Assembly (NCBI GenBank): GCA_028534125.1
Contig: CM052817.1
Coordinates: forward strand, 28,770,001 to 28,834,000
Reading direction: 5' to 3'
Source of the DNA: Lama glama
Lineage: Eukaryota
Length of the DNA stretch: 64,000 bases
Shown here: piece after piece, positions 25,351 through 39,013 of the stretch
How the letters are laid out: each line of letters starts with the position of its first letter
Position numbering within the stretch: the stretch's first letter is position 1
Notes under the pieces: model-generated
What the model saw: the letters and a program-made list of their open reading frames with translations, nothing else
Told to the model about the DNA's origin: nothing
Databases searched by the model: none
Made by a program: the position numbers and the translations under genes

Positions 25351-26377
25351 AAATTTAAAATGTGACCCATAAATTTCTTTTGATCAGCAACAAGGAAGAT
25401 TAAAATCTGTGGAAAATTTAGACATTTAAAAAAATTAAAATGATTTAAAAAATCACTTTGGATAAATCCATCAAATTAACCAAGGTCTTTTTGAGGTCTT
25501 ATTTAAAAATTGAAACATTCTCTCAAGGCCTGAGGGCCTAGCTAGAGGCTAGGTCTGTCCCTGGAGCACTGTCATGAGGTCATGAATATTTAATTGAATA
25601 GTTAATTGAAATACACATAGAAAAAAATTTTTCCCAAAGCTGACACAACAGTAATATTTTCCTTTCTAATTATTTGGTCCAATTTCCCTATTGAGACTAA
25701 GATCTTAATATAGGCTGCACTTTTAGCTACAGTCACTTCTAGTTAGATGTCTTTCAATTCCTAGTTAGCCTTCTGCACCACCTCATCTTACCAGATACAC
25801 TGATGTCATCAGTGTCAGCTGGTCTCTGTTTAGAGAGCAGATGAGTAAGGATGCAAGGCAGCCATGATCAAGGTTTTAAAAATGAGTTGTGAGTAATGGA
25901 CAAGTCCCCTAATTTCCCTCTCTACCTCTTCATAAAGAAAAGGCATTCCACTGTCAAGGTACAAAAGTCTTGATTCACTGACCTGAATACCCACTTTTTA
26001 AAGATCCAAGGAGCTAGACAGGCTGTTGATATCCATGAGTAAACTCATCTTCAACAGGAAGAAAGATACTTTCCTAAATTGTGCCTTGCAGTTCACTAAT
26101 TCCTTTTAGTTTAATGCAATATAATTTGAGTTGCCCATTGGTTACAAAGTGCTGTTTTAAGAAACTGAGTGGGTAACAAAAATGAGTTGGGAAGTCTTTG
26201 CCCTCAAAGAAACTGGATTCTTATAAGAAAGCTAAGTCATGATTCATGGGCACAAATATATTACTATGATACCTCTCCAATTCATTTCAAAGTTTTAAGT
26301 TTAAGGGAATATCTGGAATATTCATATAAGAAAATTTGAATTGGGGGTTGAAACAGTGAAGATTCAGTAAATTCAGA

Positions 26378-26432
26378 ATATATATATACACACATATATG
26401 TGTATATATACATATGTACATATGTATACATA
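26378..26432. repeat. imperfect (TA/CA)n microsatellite
   Basis: atatatatatacacacatatatgtgtatatatacatatgtacatatgtatacata. Confidence 0.85.
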
Positions 26433-27146
26433 TCATCATTGCACATCACCTATACTGTAGAGTACATCGCCTACATTAGGCAAGTGTACAATCCTACATG
26501 CTAAATGTTATTGCAGACAAGTTACGAATAACACAACAGTATAAAGCAAAGACCACTACCTTCTGTAATTTAGTTTGAGATACATTTCTCAGTTTGAGTT
26601 CTGAAACTAGAAGTAAACAATATATAAGCTTTTCATAATTTCTCTATGTCTATATGGTGAAATAAAGAAGTGATGCTCAGCATTCTGTTCTTCTGCCTTT
26701 ATCATCCATTACTGCAGAGCATTTGATGAAGCATAGGGAGTCCGCATTACCTACGGTAATCTTCCTCAAGAAAACTATCCACCCTGGTCTGTTCAAGGAG
26801 CCATTCCAGGCCAGTTCATTCATTTAAGCCAACACATCACCTCAGTGTCAGGGGACTGGACCAGAGGGGGGCACCTAGACCAGAGAGAGCCAATCTTAGA
26901 AACTCTCTTAAAGGATTTATAAATTTGAGATCAAGAAACTAAAATCAGAAATTGAGAGCATGTAGTCGGAGTCAAGCAGTGAGTGTGAGACAAAGGGAGC
27001 CATGAGAGACATGAATAAAGAGGTTGTTAATTAAAACGCTATGAGCAGGCAGAAATCAACAGTGTAAGAAGTTGAGTCTGAGGAGGGGGCAGCTGGGGTG
27101 GGAGATGTAAAACGAGGAGAGGCTGTCCCACATTAGAAGCAGAGCA

Positions 27147-28107
27147 AACTCTCAGAATGGGGAAATATTTGAAACCATGTGTCTGAAAGGGCTGTGTACC
27201 CAGTATACAAAGAATTCAATACTAAAAAGACAAGTAACACGATTAAAAGAGTAAAGGATCTGAGCAGACCTGTATACAAAGAAAATACACAAATGGCCAA
27301 TAAGCACATAAAAAGATGCTCAGCATCGTTAGTCATCAGGACAACGCAAATCAAAATGACAACGAAATACCACTTCACATCCACTGTGATGGCTTTAACC
27401 AAAACTTGCACAATAAAATGTGTTGACCAAGGTGTGGAGGAAATGGAACACTCATTCATTTCTGGTAAGAATGTCTGAGAATGTCATGCTCAGTCATTCT
27501 GAAAAAATGGCTTGGCATTTACTAAATTGCTAAACATAGATTTATCATGTGACCCAGCAATTCCATTCCTAGGTATATATGCAACTGAGATGAAAACAGG
27601 TCCACCAAAAATCTGTACACAAATGATATAGCAGCATTCTTCATAATTGCCAAGTGCAAATCACCTAAATGTCCATAAAATGATGAATGTACAAGCAAAA
27701 TGTGGTATAGTCATACACTGAAACATTATTCTGCCACTAAAAGGAATGAAATACTGATACATGTCACAACATGGATGGACCCTGAAAACATTATGTTAAG
27801 TAAAAGAAGCCTGTCATAAAAGACCGCATATTGTATAATCACATGGCTTATGAGACGTCCAGAACAGGCAAAGCAATAGAGATGCAGCATGGATTAGTAG
27901 TTACCCGGAGCTGGGAGGGGCGAGCACCAGGATGAGTACTAACAGGTACAGGGATTACTTTAGGAATGATGAAAATGTTCTAAACTTAGATTGTGCTGAT
28001 GGATGGCTAGCTAGCTCTGTCCAGATGCTTTAAAATATATTAAATTGTATTTCATAAACAGGTGAATTTTATGATATTGGATTATATCTCTATAAAGAGT
28101 TTTTCTT
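27147..28107 (+). mobile_element. L1MB-like 3' portion with 10-bp TSD
   Basis: Contains the L1-derived ORF 27179-27478 (QMANKHIKRCSASLVIR..QIK) and tgacccagcaattccattcctaggtatata. AAGCAGAGCA occurs at 27137-27146 and 28108-28117. Confidence 0.92.
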
Positions 28108-28479
28108 AAGCAGAGCACTAGGGAAGGGATTAATAAATCCATGCTTCTGGGTAGAAAGGGGGTGAAGGCCAGAACTGAACTAGGTTTCCTCCATCCAAAG
28201 CCAAGTCGGAGTATATGGGAGTGCCCATAATTTTTGGTTGTGTGGCTATTTATATATTTACAAACTGAGGTGATTTCATTCCCTTAATGTTACATATGTC
28301 TTTATTGCAAAACATTCTCAACTTTAAGTACCCTGAGTGAGACTGTTCTCCTTAAAATCCAAAGAGGATATTTAATACATTTCCCTGGATAATACCTCAT
28401 TCCATTTTCATACTGGCTCCACTTCCTTTAACCCAAAAAGATTACAAAGATTTGACATCTTTGACATATGAGGCAAGTA

Positions 28480-28685
28480 TTTTAAAATGTGGGTTCTCTA
28501 GCTAAAGCACTTGGATGTCAATCTGGTTCCACCACTTACAAACTGTGTGATTCTGGAAAAGTTCTTAATCTCCTTGGGTCTCAGCTTCCTCATTGTAAAA
28601 TGGGAGCAATAATGATACCTACAATGTAAAACTGATGTGAAGTACCTGACACACAGTGAGCACTCACAAATACTATTATTGTATC
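28480..28685 (+). mobile_element. MIR SINE
   Basis: ctggttccaccacttacaaactgtgtgattctggaaaagttcttaatctccttgggtctcagcttcctcattgtaaaatggga. Confidence 0.85.
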
Positions 28686-29044
28686 ATTTAGCGCCAATAT
28701 ATTTCTAAATATGTCGCTTCCACAATTAATGGACTGAGTTAGGAAACTTTTGGAGGGGAAGACAAAGCAGCCTTCTCACAATTCCCAAATACCAACAGCA
28801 TTTAAACTTTCAGCCAAAGACTCTGTACTGGGTTTGGAACAGTGCGTCCAGGAGCTTTGTTTGTTTGTTTTACAAAATTGTTTTGTTTTCGGAGCGATAG
28901 TACATGATCTTCTATAGGTCACAGTTTGGATGGAGTGATGGTAATTACGTTTCTTTCTTGCAACATGCATAATGAGGAAATTATGTAGTTCTCAAATACC
29001 ATCAGCAAGTCCCTGGTATAAATCAAGTATAAACATGTCACACT

Positions 29045-29138
29045 GTATACAAATGTCACATCATTATATTGTACACCTGAAACTAAAGTAATGAATTATG
29101 TCAATTATACCACAATTAAAGATAAATTAAATTTAGAA
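29045..29138 (+). mobile_element. extremely truncated L1 3' terminus with TSD
   Basis: cattatattgtacacctgaaactaa...tatgtcaattataccacaatt plus an A-rich tail. Flanked by aaacatgtcacact and aaccatgtcactct. Confidence 0.8.
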
Positions 29139-30069
29139 AACCATGTCACTCTAACACTCTGAATCTGGCAAATAAAGTTTCTACTTCTTTTTCAAGTAGA
29201 AAAGGCCATAGGATTATAGCAGTAGAGATTTAATAGAGCAGGAAGTGATTGTAAGATTTATTTAGTTCATCCTTCTACATCCAAGCACCTAAGTCATCCC
29301 CAGAAGTAACAGGCACTTTATTCTCCAAAACTTCTTGAGATGGTAATGTATGTTTCTTGGTAACCTCTTCCAATTTCTTATAATCTGTACACCCAAATAG
29401 TTCTTTCTAAAGCAAGTTCAGAGTAAAAAAAAAAAAAAAAAAGACCACATCATTTCTATTTCTGGTTCTTTCTGTATACATGATTTTCTTTTCCATAGAA
29501 GCTGCCTGAATTTGATTATCACTTTTGTGAAATGTTTGAAGCCATTAATGCTAGAAAATTTTAATAGGAGCAAAAAGTCTAAAGGCAAATTGCTCTTTAT
29601 GTCTATTCCTTCATGTATATTGAGTTTTTCATGATTTCTCTCACTGCCCCCCAAAATTCTTAAATATTGATTCCAATTGTTGTAAATCAAACATTTTGAA
29701 CATATGATTATGTGCTCAATTTCATACCTTAGGCATAAATTTGATAGGAAGGTTCAAAACCATATCCTAAGCATAACTTTGACAGGAAGACTCAATTTCT
29801 ATATATACTTCAGCTTTCCACAAGTTATTTAGTTGTTAGAAAGCCAGCCTGAAGAGGAACAGAATGCATTACTAGTATCTGAAGCTCTGAAAAGGCTAGT
29901 GTGGTTGTATGCAAACAGAGATAACATCAAATGGAACATAAACATTTTATGTTAAAATGTAAAAACAGTTATTAAACAAGAGAAATGACTGGTAGAAAAG
30001 TAAGTAGGATAAAATTAGAAAATGTCTTAAATTAAATAGGAACGTGGCGGGACTAGGGAAGTGATAACC

Positions 30070-31650
30070 CTAATTTACTCAGCATATCCGAGCGCTTACT
30101 ATGTTCCAGGCACTGGAGAGTCAGCACTGCACAAAACAGAAAAGATGTTCATCTTCATGAAACTTACCTTCCCAGCAGGAAGACTGACACAACAAAATAA
30201 TAAAGTTATATAAAACATAATGTCAGAGATTGACGAGTGTTTTGAAGGAAAAAAAAATAAAGCAGGAAAGGTGACACTTAAGATAGGGTGGTCAGGGAAT
30301 GTTTTTTGAGGTGCTGTCATTTTAGCTAAGGTTGGAGTAAAGTGAGAATTGAATCCTGCAAATGTGTGCAAGGAAAGTATTCCAGTTCAGGAACTCCAAG
30401 AGCAAAGAGCCTTGGGGTTCCTGTCATCACGTTTAGAAGTTTCAAAGAACAGAAAGCTAGTGTGGCAGGAGCTAAGTGAGTAAGAAGAAGATTGATGGAA
30501 ATGAGTCATGAGAGCTACCCAGAGGCTGGATGATATAGACAATGACATATGGGCCAAGAACTCAGGGAGGTTAAGAACAGATAAGTAATATGATAACGTA
30601 TTTTGTTTTGCAAAGGATCACTCTTGTTGCTGTGGGGTAAACAGACTTCAACGAAGTAAGACTGGGAACAGGGAGACTCGTTAAGAGCCTACCCAGTTAA
30701 AGAAAGAGAGATTAAAGAGGTTGAGACTAGGTTCTTGGTGGTGAGGATGAGAAGTGGTAAGATTTGGGTTCTCTTTTGAAGGCACAGCTAGCACAGTTTC
30801 TACTGGTTTGTATAGGAGATAGAAGAGAAGAAGGACAGAGGATTCAAGGGAGATGCCAAGATTTTTGACCTGAGCAATTGGTGGTCTTCCCTGAGTTGGG
30901 GAATACTGGAGGACTAAGAGGTTTGGGAAAAAAAAAAAAAAACAAATGTCAAGTTTGAAATGTGTAGAAAAGTGATACCAAGGAGTTAAACACACAAGCC
31001 TATTATTTGGGTTTGCAAGTTTCGTTCTGTAATTCAGAAGTTAGCCTTCATCAGAGTACAGATGTGATTTAAAACCATGAGAATGGATCAGGTCGCCAAA
31101 GGAAGTTGGTATAAACAGAGAAGAGAAGAGATCTCAGAATTGTGCCCTGAGTCCTATGGCACTTGAAGTTCTCAACATTGGGAAAATAAGCCAGAAACAG
31201 AGACCGAGAAGGAGTAATATTGAGATAGAGGTACCTGGAGAGTAGTGTCCTAGAAACCTAGGGAAGAGGGGTACTTAAAGAAGAAAAAAAGTGAACAGTT
31301 CTGTTAAACGCTTAGCTGTGAACAAGTGTTTACTGGGTTTGACAGTCAGGAAGTCATTGGTGACTTTGACAATTTCTTGACTAGACTTTCAGTGGAGTGA
31401 TGGGGAAGAAAGTGTGGTTACAGTGGGTTCAAGAGAGATGGAAGATGAGGAAGTATAAATTTTGAAGTATTTTCCCCTTAAGCTGAACAAACAAAGCCAT
31501 TGTTGGCAAGGTGGATTTAAGATCAAGTATAAGACAAAGGTATCTATCTATCTATCATCTATCAACTAAAGATCTAGGAGAGAAGAGAAGGGATGACTGG
31601 TGATAAAGAAGAGAGAAGGAATAACTGCATGAGTGAAATCTCTGAACAAA
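30070..31650 (-). mobile_element. L2 LINE, ~1.5 kb 3' portion
   Basis: Starts with the L2 tail (gagcgcttactatgttccaggcactggag). Includes aaggatcactcttgttgctgtg, gatttttgacctgagcaattgg and gaagtcattggtgactttgac. Confidence 0.88.
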
Positions 31651-33164
31651 AAATAAGGGAATACATTCACATTAATTATATAAACACATTGCTTACTTAA
31701 GAAAAAAAATGTGCCTTACTTACAGTAAGTCACTTTAAGGTTAAAGAAAAAGCAATTATTCTTTTCTTTGATGCTAAGGAGATATTTCATTTTGATTTTA
31801 ATGAGAAAGCCTCTAGAAAGTGTGCATTAAATTTTATTTGAATCGCCTTTTTGTCAATGTCTTAACGGCACAAAAAGGTAGATAAAAACAACTGGTAGAG
31901 CCCTAAAAGAAAATGATTTCCATAACAGTCACATTTTCCCCCACTTCGGGTTTTAGAAAATATTAAGTAATAAGATGAGGAATGCACAGAGGTAGAATGA
32001 TGAAACCTGGCTTGTGTATTTTATTCCCAAAGGAAAGTGTAACCGCTTGTTCAAAAATTAATCTTCGATGTTCTCAAGGGTATCTTTCAAATTTCAAAGC
32101 AAGACTTTTTGATGTTTTAGTTTGTATGAAAACTTGAGAAAAGAAGAAGAGCCAGTATAATGAAATTCGTTAAATTACCAGAACAAGAGATCAGTTTCGG
32201 GCAAGAGGCTCCTGGCTGTATGAGATTTTATGTTGTTGCCTTCGCTCTGCCCAGGACAATTCTAAATTTCACTCTAACATGTTCCTTCTTCTGCCACTTC
32301 AGCAATGGGAAGCACATGGCAGTTCTTCTCTTAGGCCTGTATTTTGATCATCTTTATTTTCTCACATTTTAGGCATAACTAGAAACATGAAAATCTGCTC
32401 CTTTCTTTCTATGAAACATGAACTTATATGCTGGAAATCTAGCATATAAGATGAAAGAATGAAGTTGTTTTATTTTGTAAAGAATCCAGGTTCCATGAAC
32501 CATGTCTGTAGCTCTAAATTTTTTCACAGAGAATAACAGAACACCAATGTTGTCCTGATCTCAAATCAATATAATGGGGTTGCCTCTGTGTGAATGCACT
32601 GATGTTTTGGCCCCTAAACATGGTTACTTCTTAATTGGTTACTATAGCTTCAAATCTTTTTAACCCATATATAAACACTGTGCATCCTTATTGTTTACAG
32701 AAGGATTAATAGACAATTCATTATTTTATTTTACTTTGATATTGGAAAGAATTGGGAGTAGTAAAACTAGAAGGAAAGAAAAAGGAAAGAGGTGAGAAAA
32801 GGACATGAAGGAAAGGCATTACCCAGTTTGGAGAAAATGACTTAGAAATAATGAAAAGTGCTATTAAGGTTACTGATGCCTTAAAATGCATCCCTAGTCA
32901 ACAGTCTTCAAATGGCATAAGAAGTTGAATCTGCCACCAAGTCAGGAAGTAGAGTCATTTATCCATCAACAGGCATGCTTGCAATATCCAGCAGAAACTG
33001 AAGGCATTCCAAAGAAGGCCCTTTGTGTTCCTGACATTGTGGCATCAATTGATATATATATATATATATTATTTTCAGGGAACTATCTCCAATCTCTCTC
33101 ACTATTTCCATGTGTCTGGGGTGCCCAGCCACATTTGACTGCACCCCAAAGACAATAATTCAGA

Positions 33165-33330
33165 GCAGAGACTTGTCTCTTTTGCTCATCTATAAAACTG
33201 GGACAATATCAATTTCTACCTCAAAGGGTTACTATGGAGATTAAATAAATGAAAAAGATAAAATGCCTTAAATTGCACCCAGAACTCTTTAAAGACTCAA
33301 TAAATATTATTACTAGTATTACTGTTAGTC
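33165..33330 (+). mobile_element. MIR SINE fragment
   Basis: ctcatctataaaactgggacaata...ctacctcaaagggttactatggagattaaat. Confidence 0.75.
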
Positions 33331-35344
33331 CTAAAATAATAAAGAGCAACTCCTTTTCACTCTTTAAGTTCAAAACTGAAACTTTCTCAAAGCTTACCCT
33401 AGTTTTTGAGCCAGAATTCAATATTTAGCCCTTTTATTACTTAACCAATATAACATTTAAACCAATTGTTAGGAATTCCATAAGTCAGTGTCAAATTTTC
33501 TTACTTCCTTCATACTAGGGTATTTGCTGAGCCTCATCAGAGCATCTGTATTAAATTATAAAGTCCCAGGAGCAGTATTAGGCTTCTATTGGAAATTTTC
33601 ATATACTTATTATGCCGTAGCACTTGGGTTTAACAAAGGCTTTGGGATAATCCTGTTCCGAAAAAGTAAGTGGCATATTCCACCTAAGGAGAAACTCCTG
33701 AAAGCATAAACAGTTTATTGGCAACCATATTTTCATCAACAAATTGTTTCATAAAAGTGTGTTTATATGTGCATTTATGCTTATTTTGTTCTATATGATT
33801 TCCACGTCAAAATTAGAGCTTTCTCTTCAGAACTGTGCCACCTTTGAATAAGAAGAGTGCTTTCAAATCCACTTATTATCAGGATGCCATTCCTTTCCCC
33901 AACACTCCTCTCCTAACCTTTTTCTTCTTTCATTCTGACTTTTGTTTTCATACTTTAAGAACGTGAAAAGAGCTAACCCACCTGTTGACTATATGTATTA
34001 TGGAAGATTGTACACTATAGAACTCCCTGCACATATTATATGAAGGCATGGACTTAGGAGCCAAAACGAGGCTAAAATCCATAAAGAATAACAGCAAGTT
34101 ATACAAATGTTTAAACCTATTAATTAAAATTTTAATTTATTATAACCATTATTGCCTGTCAGAAGAAACAATGTCCTTCAAAGTCCCTCCATTTGGAGTT
34201 CATCCTCAGTCAGTATTAACCTAGAATTCCAGCCCTCTAGCAAGAATATTCAACTTAATGAACAGTAATCAATCATGATAGGGATATATTCAGTACATTA
34301 GATAATTAATTTGTGAATAATTATTTCATTGTGGGAGACAGAATGGCATAATAACTAAGAGTCTACATGTTCAAACTCCAACTTCTAATGTTCAAATCTC
34401 AATGCCACAGTTTGCTGACTACGTTAATTTCTCTACCAAATAAAGATAATATAATTACCTACACCTCATGGGGGTTGTTGTCAGTGTGAAATAAGACACA
34501 CACGAAGTGCCCATGCACAGAAGTCGTCCATCAATAAATATCCATAATATTATTAACACAGATACATGTTAGGCTGAGCCACACATAACTGCTATTTTTG
34601 TAAATATCTGTCAAATATTGGAATTTTCATATAGCTCAATCTGATAAATAAATACACAGAGTAAACCTCCAAAATCTTCAAAAGAAACCCCACAAAAATA
34701 AACAAGAACATTTTCCACATAGAGTTTTCCAGAAAGACAAATACATAAGCCAAACTAAAAAAAAATTTAAAGCTACTTCTAGGATATATTATAGGATCAG
34801 CATACATTTTCCCATCTCTCATATTCATATCTAAAGTAACATACAATGACAATTCAAAATGAGGCACTTTATGAACCTGAGGAACTTCAAACCATCAGAT
34901 CTTAAAGTATGTGTAGAGTGAGGTGTATTTCCATGTACTCATGTTCTTTGAAAGATGGTTATATAGGATACTATTTTAGATAATCAGTATATGAAATTAA
35001 TTTAACAATTTAAGAATTCTTAAAGAATCTGTGCCACCATAAGCTCATAAACATGTGTGGCGTGTGTGCATATGAATTGCATGGATGGTAACACAGGGTG
35101 TATAGCATTGTGCATTTTGATTCATACATTAATTCAGCAGATCTATTTTCATGTCAATCATGTGTCAGGCACGTTGTCAGACACTTGGGCCATAACGTTC
35201 AATGAGACAGGCACGGTCTCTGCTCTCAATCAGGCACAGATCACCGAATCTGCTGAAATCTAGTCATTACTGCAATGCCACCAAAACAGAAAATAAAAAA
35301 TTCTTCAAATACAAAAATTCAGGAATTCGAAATTTGCACCACTT

Positions 35345-35490
35345 GGAGAGTGATGGAAATGTCAGCTATCCTGATTGTCGTGGTGGTTTCATTGGTGTAT
35401 ACATCTATCAAAATTCATCAAATTGTACATCTGAAATAAGCGCAGTTTACTGTACGAGAATCATACCACAATAAAGATGCTAAAAAAACC
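35345..35490 (+). mobile_element. old L1 3' terminal fragment
   Basis: gtgatggaaatgtc..tatcctgattgtcgtggtggtttcat.ggtgtatacatctatcaaaattcatcaaattgtacat...caataaag. Confidence 0.8.
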
Positions 35491-38431
35491 CCTCAAACTC
35501 CTTTTCTCACTGTAAGCATTTAGCAGGGCCGGAGCTGTTGACATTTCTGAAAACGAGAGCGTAAGTGGTTCTTACAGACAATCCCTCCTCATTTAAGAGT
35601 AACATCACATATTGAGAACCACAAATTTTTTATTTGACTTGAAGAGTTAGATCACTAACAACAAAATTGGGAAATGGAAGAGTAATTGGCGAACCACAAA
35701 TCTGCTTAAAGAATTCTGAATGTTATATGACAGTCCATTCTTCAACAGCTTCTGCCCTAAAAAGAAATGTTTCCCAATTTTTTAAAAAAATCAAATATTC
35801 ATAAATATTCAGAGGGTGACATTCTTTCCGTGTGGCATATATAAATCATCATTTTCCCCATCCTGTCATTATACAGGTAAAAAATAGATACACTGAACAT
35901 GTGCTGGCTATTTATTTGAATTTAAAAGCTTACTCTCCCAGCAAGAAGTTTATAGCAAAAAAAATGTGTGTACATCTGTCATATTTATATTTACAGACCT
36001 CTATATAAATATTTTCTATGAGAAAACAACTAAGACATTTTCAATGTTAGCATCGTAAAACTTCAATAAATTTTTCATGGCTGAAAGAGTACAGAGGATT
36101 GGAGTAAGAATTACAAATCTTATAAGAGGTTGAAAACGTCTCTCAAGCTAATCATGGGACCATGTGGGAAAAATATGAAGACTTTAGAGAAAAGGAGTCA
36201 CCTGTCCTGAACTCAAAAAAGACAGCTTAGGAGCTGAATTGCCAGGATGGTTCACACATGGTCACGTGACAGGACAACCCCGATACCAGTAGTTAAGCCA
36301 CATATTTTGGATGTTTGTAAACTGATAAAAATGATCCGTAATATTTAAAAGTGCTATAATCACAATATACTTTGTAATTCTCTTGTCAAGATGAGAAGAT
36401 GCTAATTTGGATCCTCAGTGTTATGTTTACTAAAAACCATATTAAAGCCTGAAGAGTAAAACATAGATTGTTGCCATCTGAAAACTTTTATTTCTTTGTA
36501 AAAGTCTTTCTGATATTTGGAATTATGTAAATAGGCAACCACAGAAAAAGTCCCTTTCAGCTTTTTCTTTCAACTTACTCTTCTAAACTGAAAAAAGATA
36601 CTAAAACCCTATCCGATCCATCGCCAATGTCAAAATCCCGTCCTCCTTGAGTTTAATGCCAGAAACTGTTTTAATAAAATCAAACATGTGGCCCAAATTC
36701 AGAGGCAGTCACAGAGATCTTATAATACTAGATTTAGACAGAGATGTCTCATATGCTTAATCAATAATTTCAAATACGTGCATCCTCCTTGGAGTAATTT
36801 AAAAAGACTTCTTCTAGCCTCAGGAGAGTCTAAGAATCTAATGTTATTCTCTTGAATGATTCAGGTGTCTTTTAGAGACATCGTATTCTTTCTTTTCCCC
36901 AAAGTTATTACAATTAATTTAATATTTTTATTTTTTATTCTCCATAATGACTATCTAAGGACTTCTAGTTTTTCCCTGAACCAATAAATTGTGAAACTCC
37001 ATGTCAAACAAAATGCTAATTATACAATCATACTAAGGTCACATCTTAGGCTCTTGCAAGCTAGTCTTCTGCCATATTACATTATCAAATTGGATTGGCT
37101 CTGAGTATCTGAACTTAATTATGTTCATATTTATACAGTTAACCCTTAGCCCATGTCAAGAAATTGGTTGAAGATTACTTGTTCATTCATGGTGAGAGAG
37201 TTCATTCATGGGAGGTGTATTACTAATAAATCTTATCCTACTTTCTAAAACAGTCTCAAATCAGGATTACATTGGCTAAGCACTTGCTATAAAGCAAAGA
37301 TATCTACTCTTCTATATTTGGAACAGAGTTTAACCAATTTAGAGATTGGAATGTGGTCCACTGCAGCCTATTAATGCTTCTTTATCATTTGTCCTGATTC
37401 AGGACATATACACAAAGTTGCAAAGTCATTTTTATTACCCAGAATGGCTTTTAGGGGGTGAAATGATTTACTAAGAAAACATGTCTTGATGAGAACTTGG
37501 AATAAAAGTTGATACTGCAAAGTCTTGCTCAAACAATAAAACCTCTACATATGGGACAGGATGAAGATTTTATGTTGCTCCTTAATTAAAGTGTATGGAA
37601 AGATGTGAAAAGTATCCTTTAAGAAAAAAACTTGGGAATGAGACAGTGATCACATGGAAAATGTAAGACTAGCAACCTCTAGCTCCAAGTCCTGGAGTGG
37701 CTAAGGGCAGTAGGAATATAAAGATGGGTTCTCAACATTACAAGTGGTGAGGTGTGAGTATCAGGTAAATTATCTCCATGAGTAGATGTTTTCACTTTTT
37801 CCTTCTTTGTCTTATCTCTCTCTCTCCCTCTTTTCCCCTTCCTTCTCTTCCCTTGTTTTCTTCCTTTTCTATTTTATGTGAGAACCCAAAAAAAAAAATA
37901 CAGTCTAAAATACCCACAGCAGGCATAAAGGCGTGAAAGCAGAAGAGATCAAGAGTCTTCGGAAATTTCCAAAGTCTCAGGAGGAAGAGGGCTTTCGTCA
38001 TCCATAAACTGTACAAATGAGGAAACAAGTTCATTTCAGGTTCACATGTGTAAACTCGAAGTTGAACTACAGTTTAACCAAAGCCAAGAATCTATAAAAT
38101 ACTGAGTACGGTCTTTACATGTAAAAGCAATAGCCTCTTTCTGGTGCCCTTTACCAGCTTTTTATGTTTTGTGCAGCATGGTAGAACAAGCTGGTTTTAA
38201 GTGGTAGCAATCTCTGCACACTGCATGCCCACATAAGGAGCGGCACTCATGCAGTCCAAATGCCAGACTTGGGGAGGGTGCTCCTGGCAAGTGGTGTGGC
38301 AGTGTGAAGGGGTGACGGGAGTTGGGCAGGAGCGATGCTATCATGTAAAGCCCCCAACAGAAAAGTAGTTCAACTTTTCAAAACCATGAGTTAACCAACT
38401 GGTATCAGTCAAGGAAACATTCCTTAAAGGT

Positions 38432-38915
38432 ACTATTCAGCCAAAAAAAAATAAAATAAAATAAAACAATGCCATTTGCAGCAACATGGATGGACTGATG
38501 GACCTGGAGATTATCATCCTAAGTGAAGTAAGCCAGAAAGAGGAAGAAAAATACCATATAATATCACTCATACGTGGAATCTAAAAAAAAAAAAAGACAA
38601 ATTAACTCATTTACAAACAGAAACAGACTCACGGACATAGAAAATAAACTTATGGTTACCAGTGGGGGAAGGGGGTGGGAAGGGATAAATTGGGAGTTTG
38701 AGATTTACAGGTACTAACTACTATATATAAAATAGATAGACAACAAGTTTATACTGTATAGCACAGGAAACTACATTCAATATCTTATAGCAATCTATAA
38801 TGAAAAAAATATGAAAATGAATATATGTATGTATACCTGAAACATTATGCTGTACACCAGAAATTGACACAACATTGTAAACTGACTATACTTCAATAAA
38901 AAAAGAAAAAAAATA
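38432..38915 (+). mobile_element. relatively young L1 3' end (same 3'UTR type as the element at 24.4-25.1 kb)
   Basis: atgccatttgcagcaacatggatggac...agacatagaaaataaacttatggttaccag...gctgtacaccagaaattgacacaacattgtaaactgactatacttcaataaaaaaa. Confidence 0.93.
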
Positions 38916-39013
38916 GTAAACAAAAAAATGCAACTGAACTTGCTCTAAACATGGTTTCTTCTTCCATGAGAGCCAGTAAGTACATTAGAGTGCTTACTCC
39001 TATGGCCCCTGAA

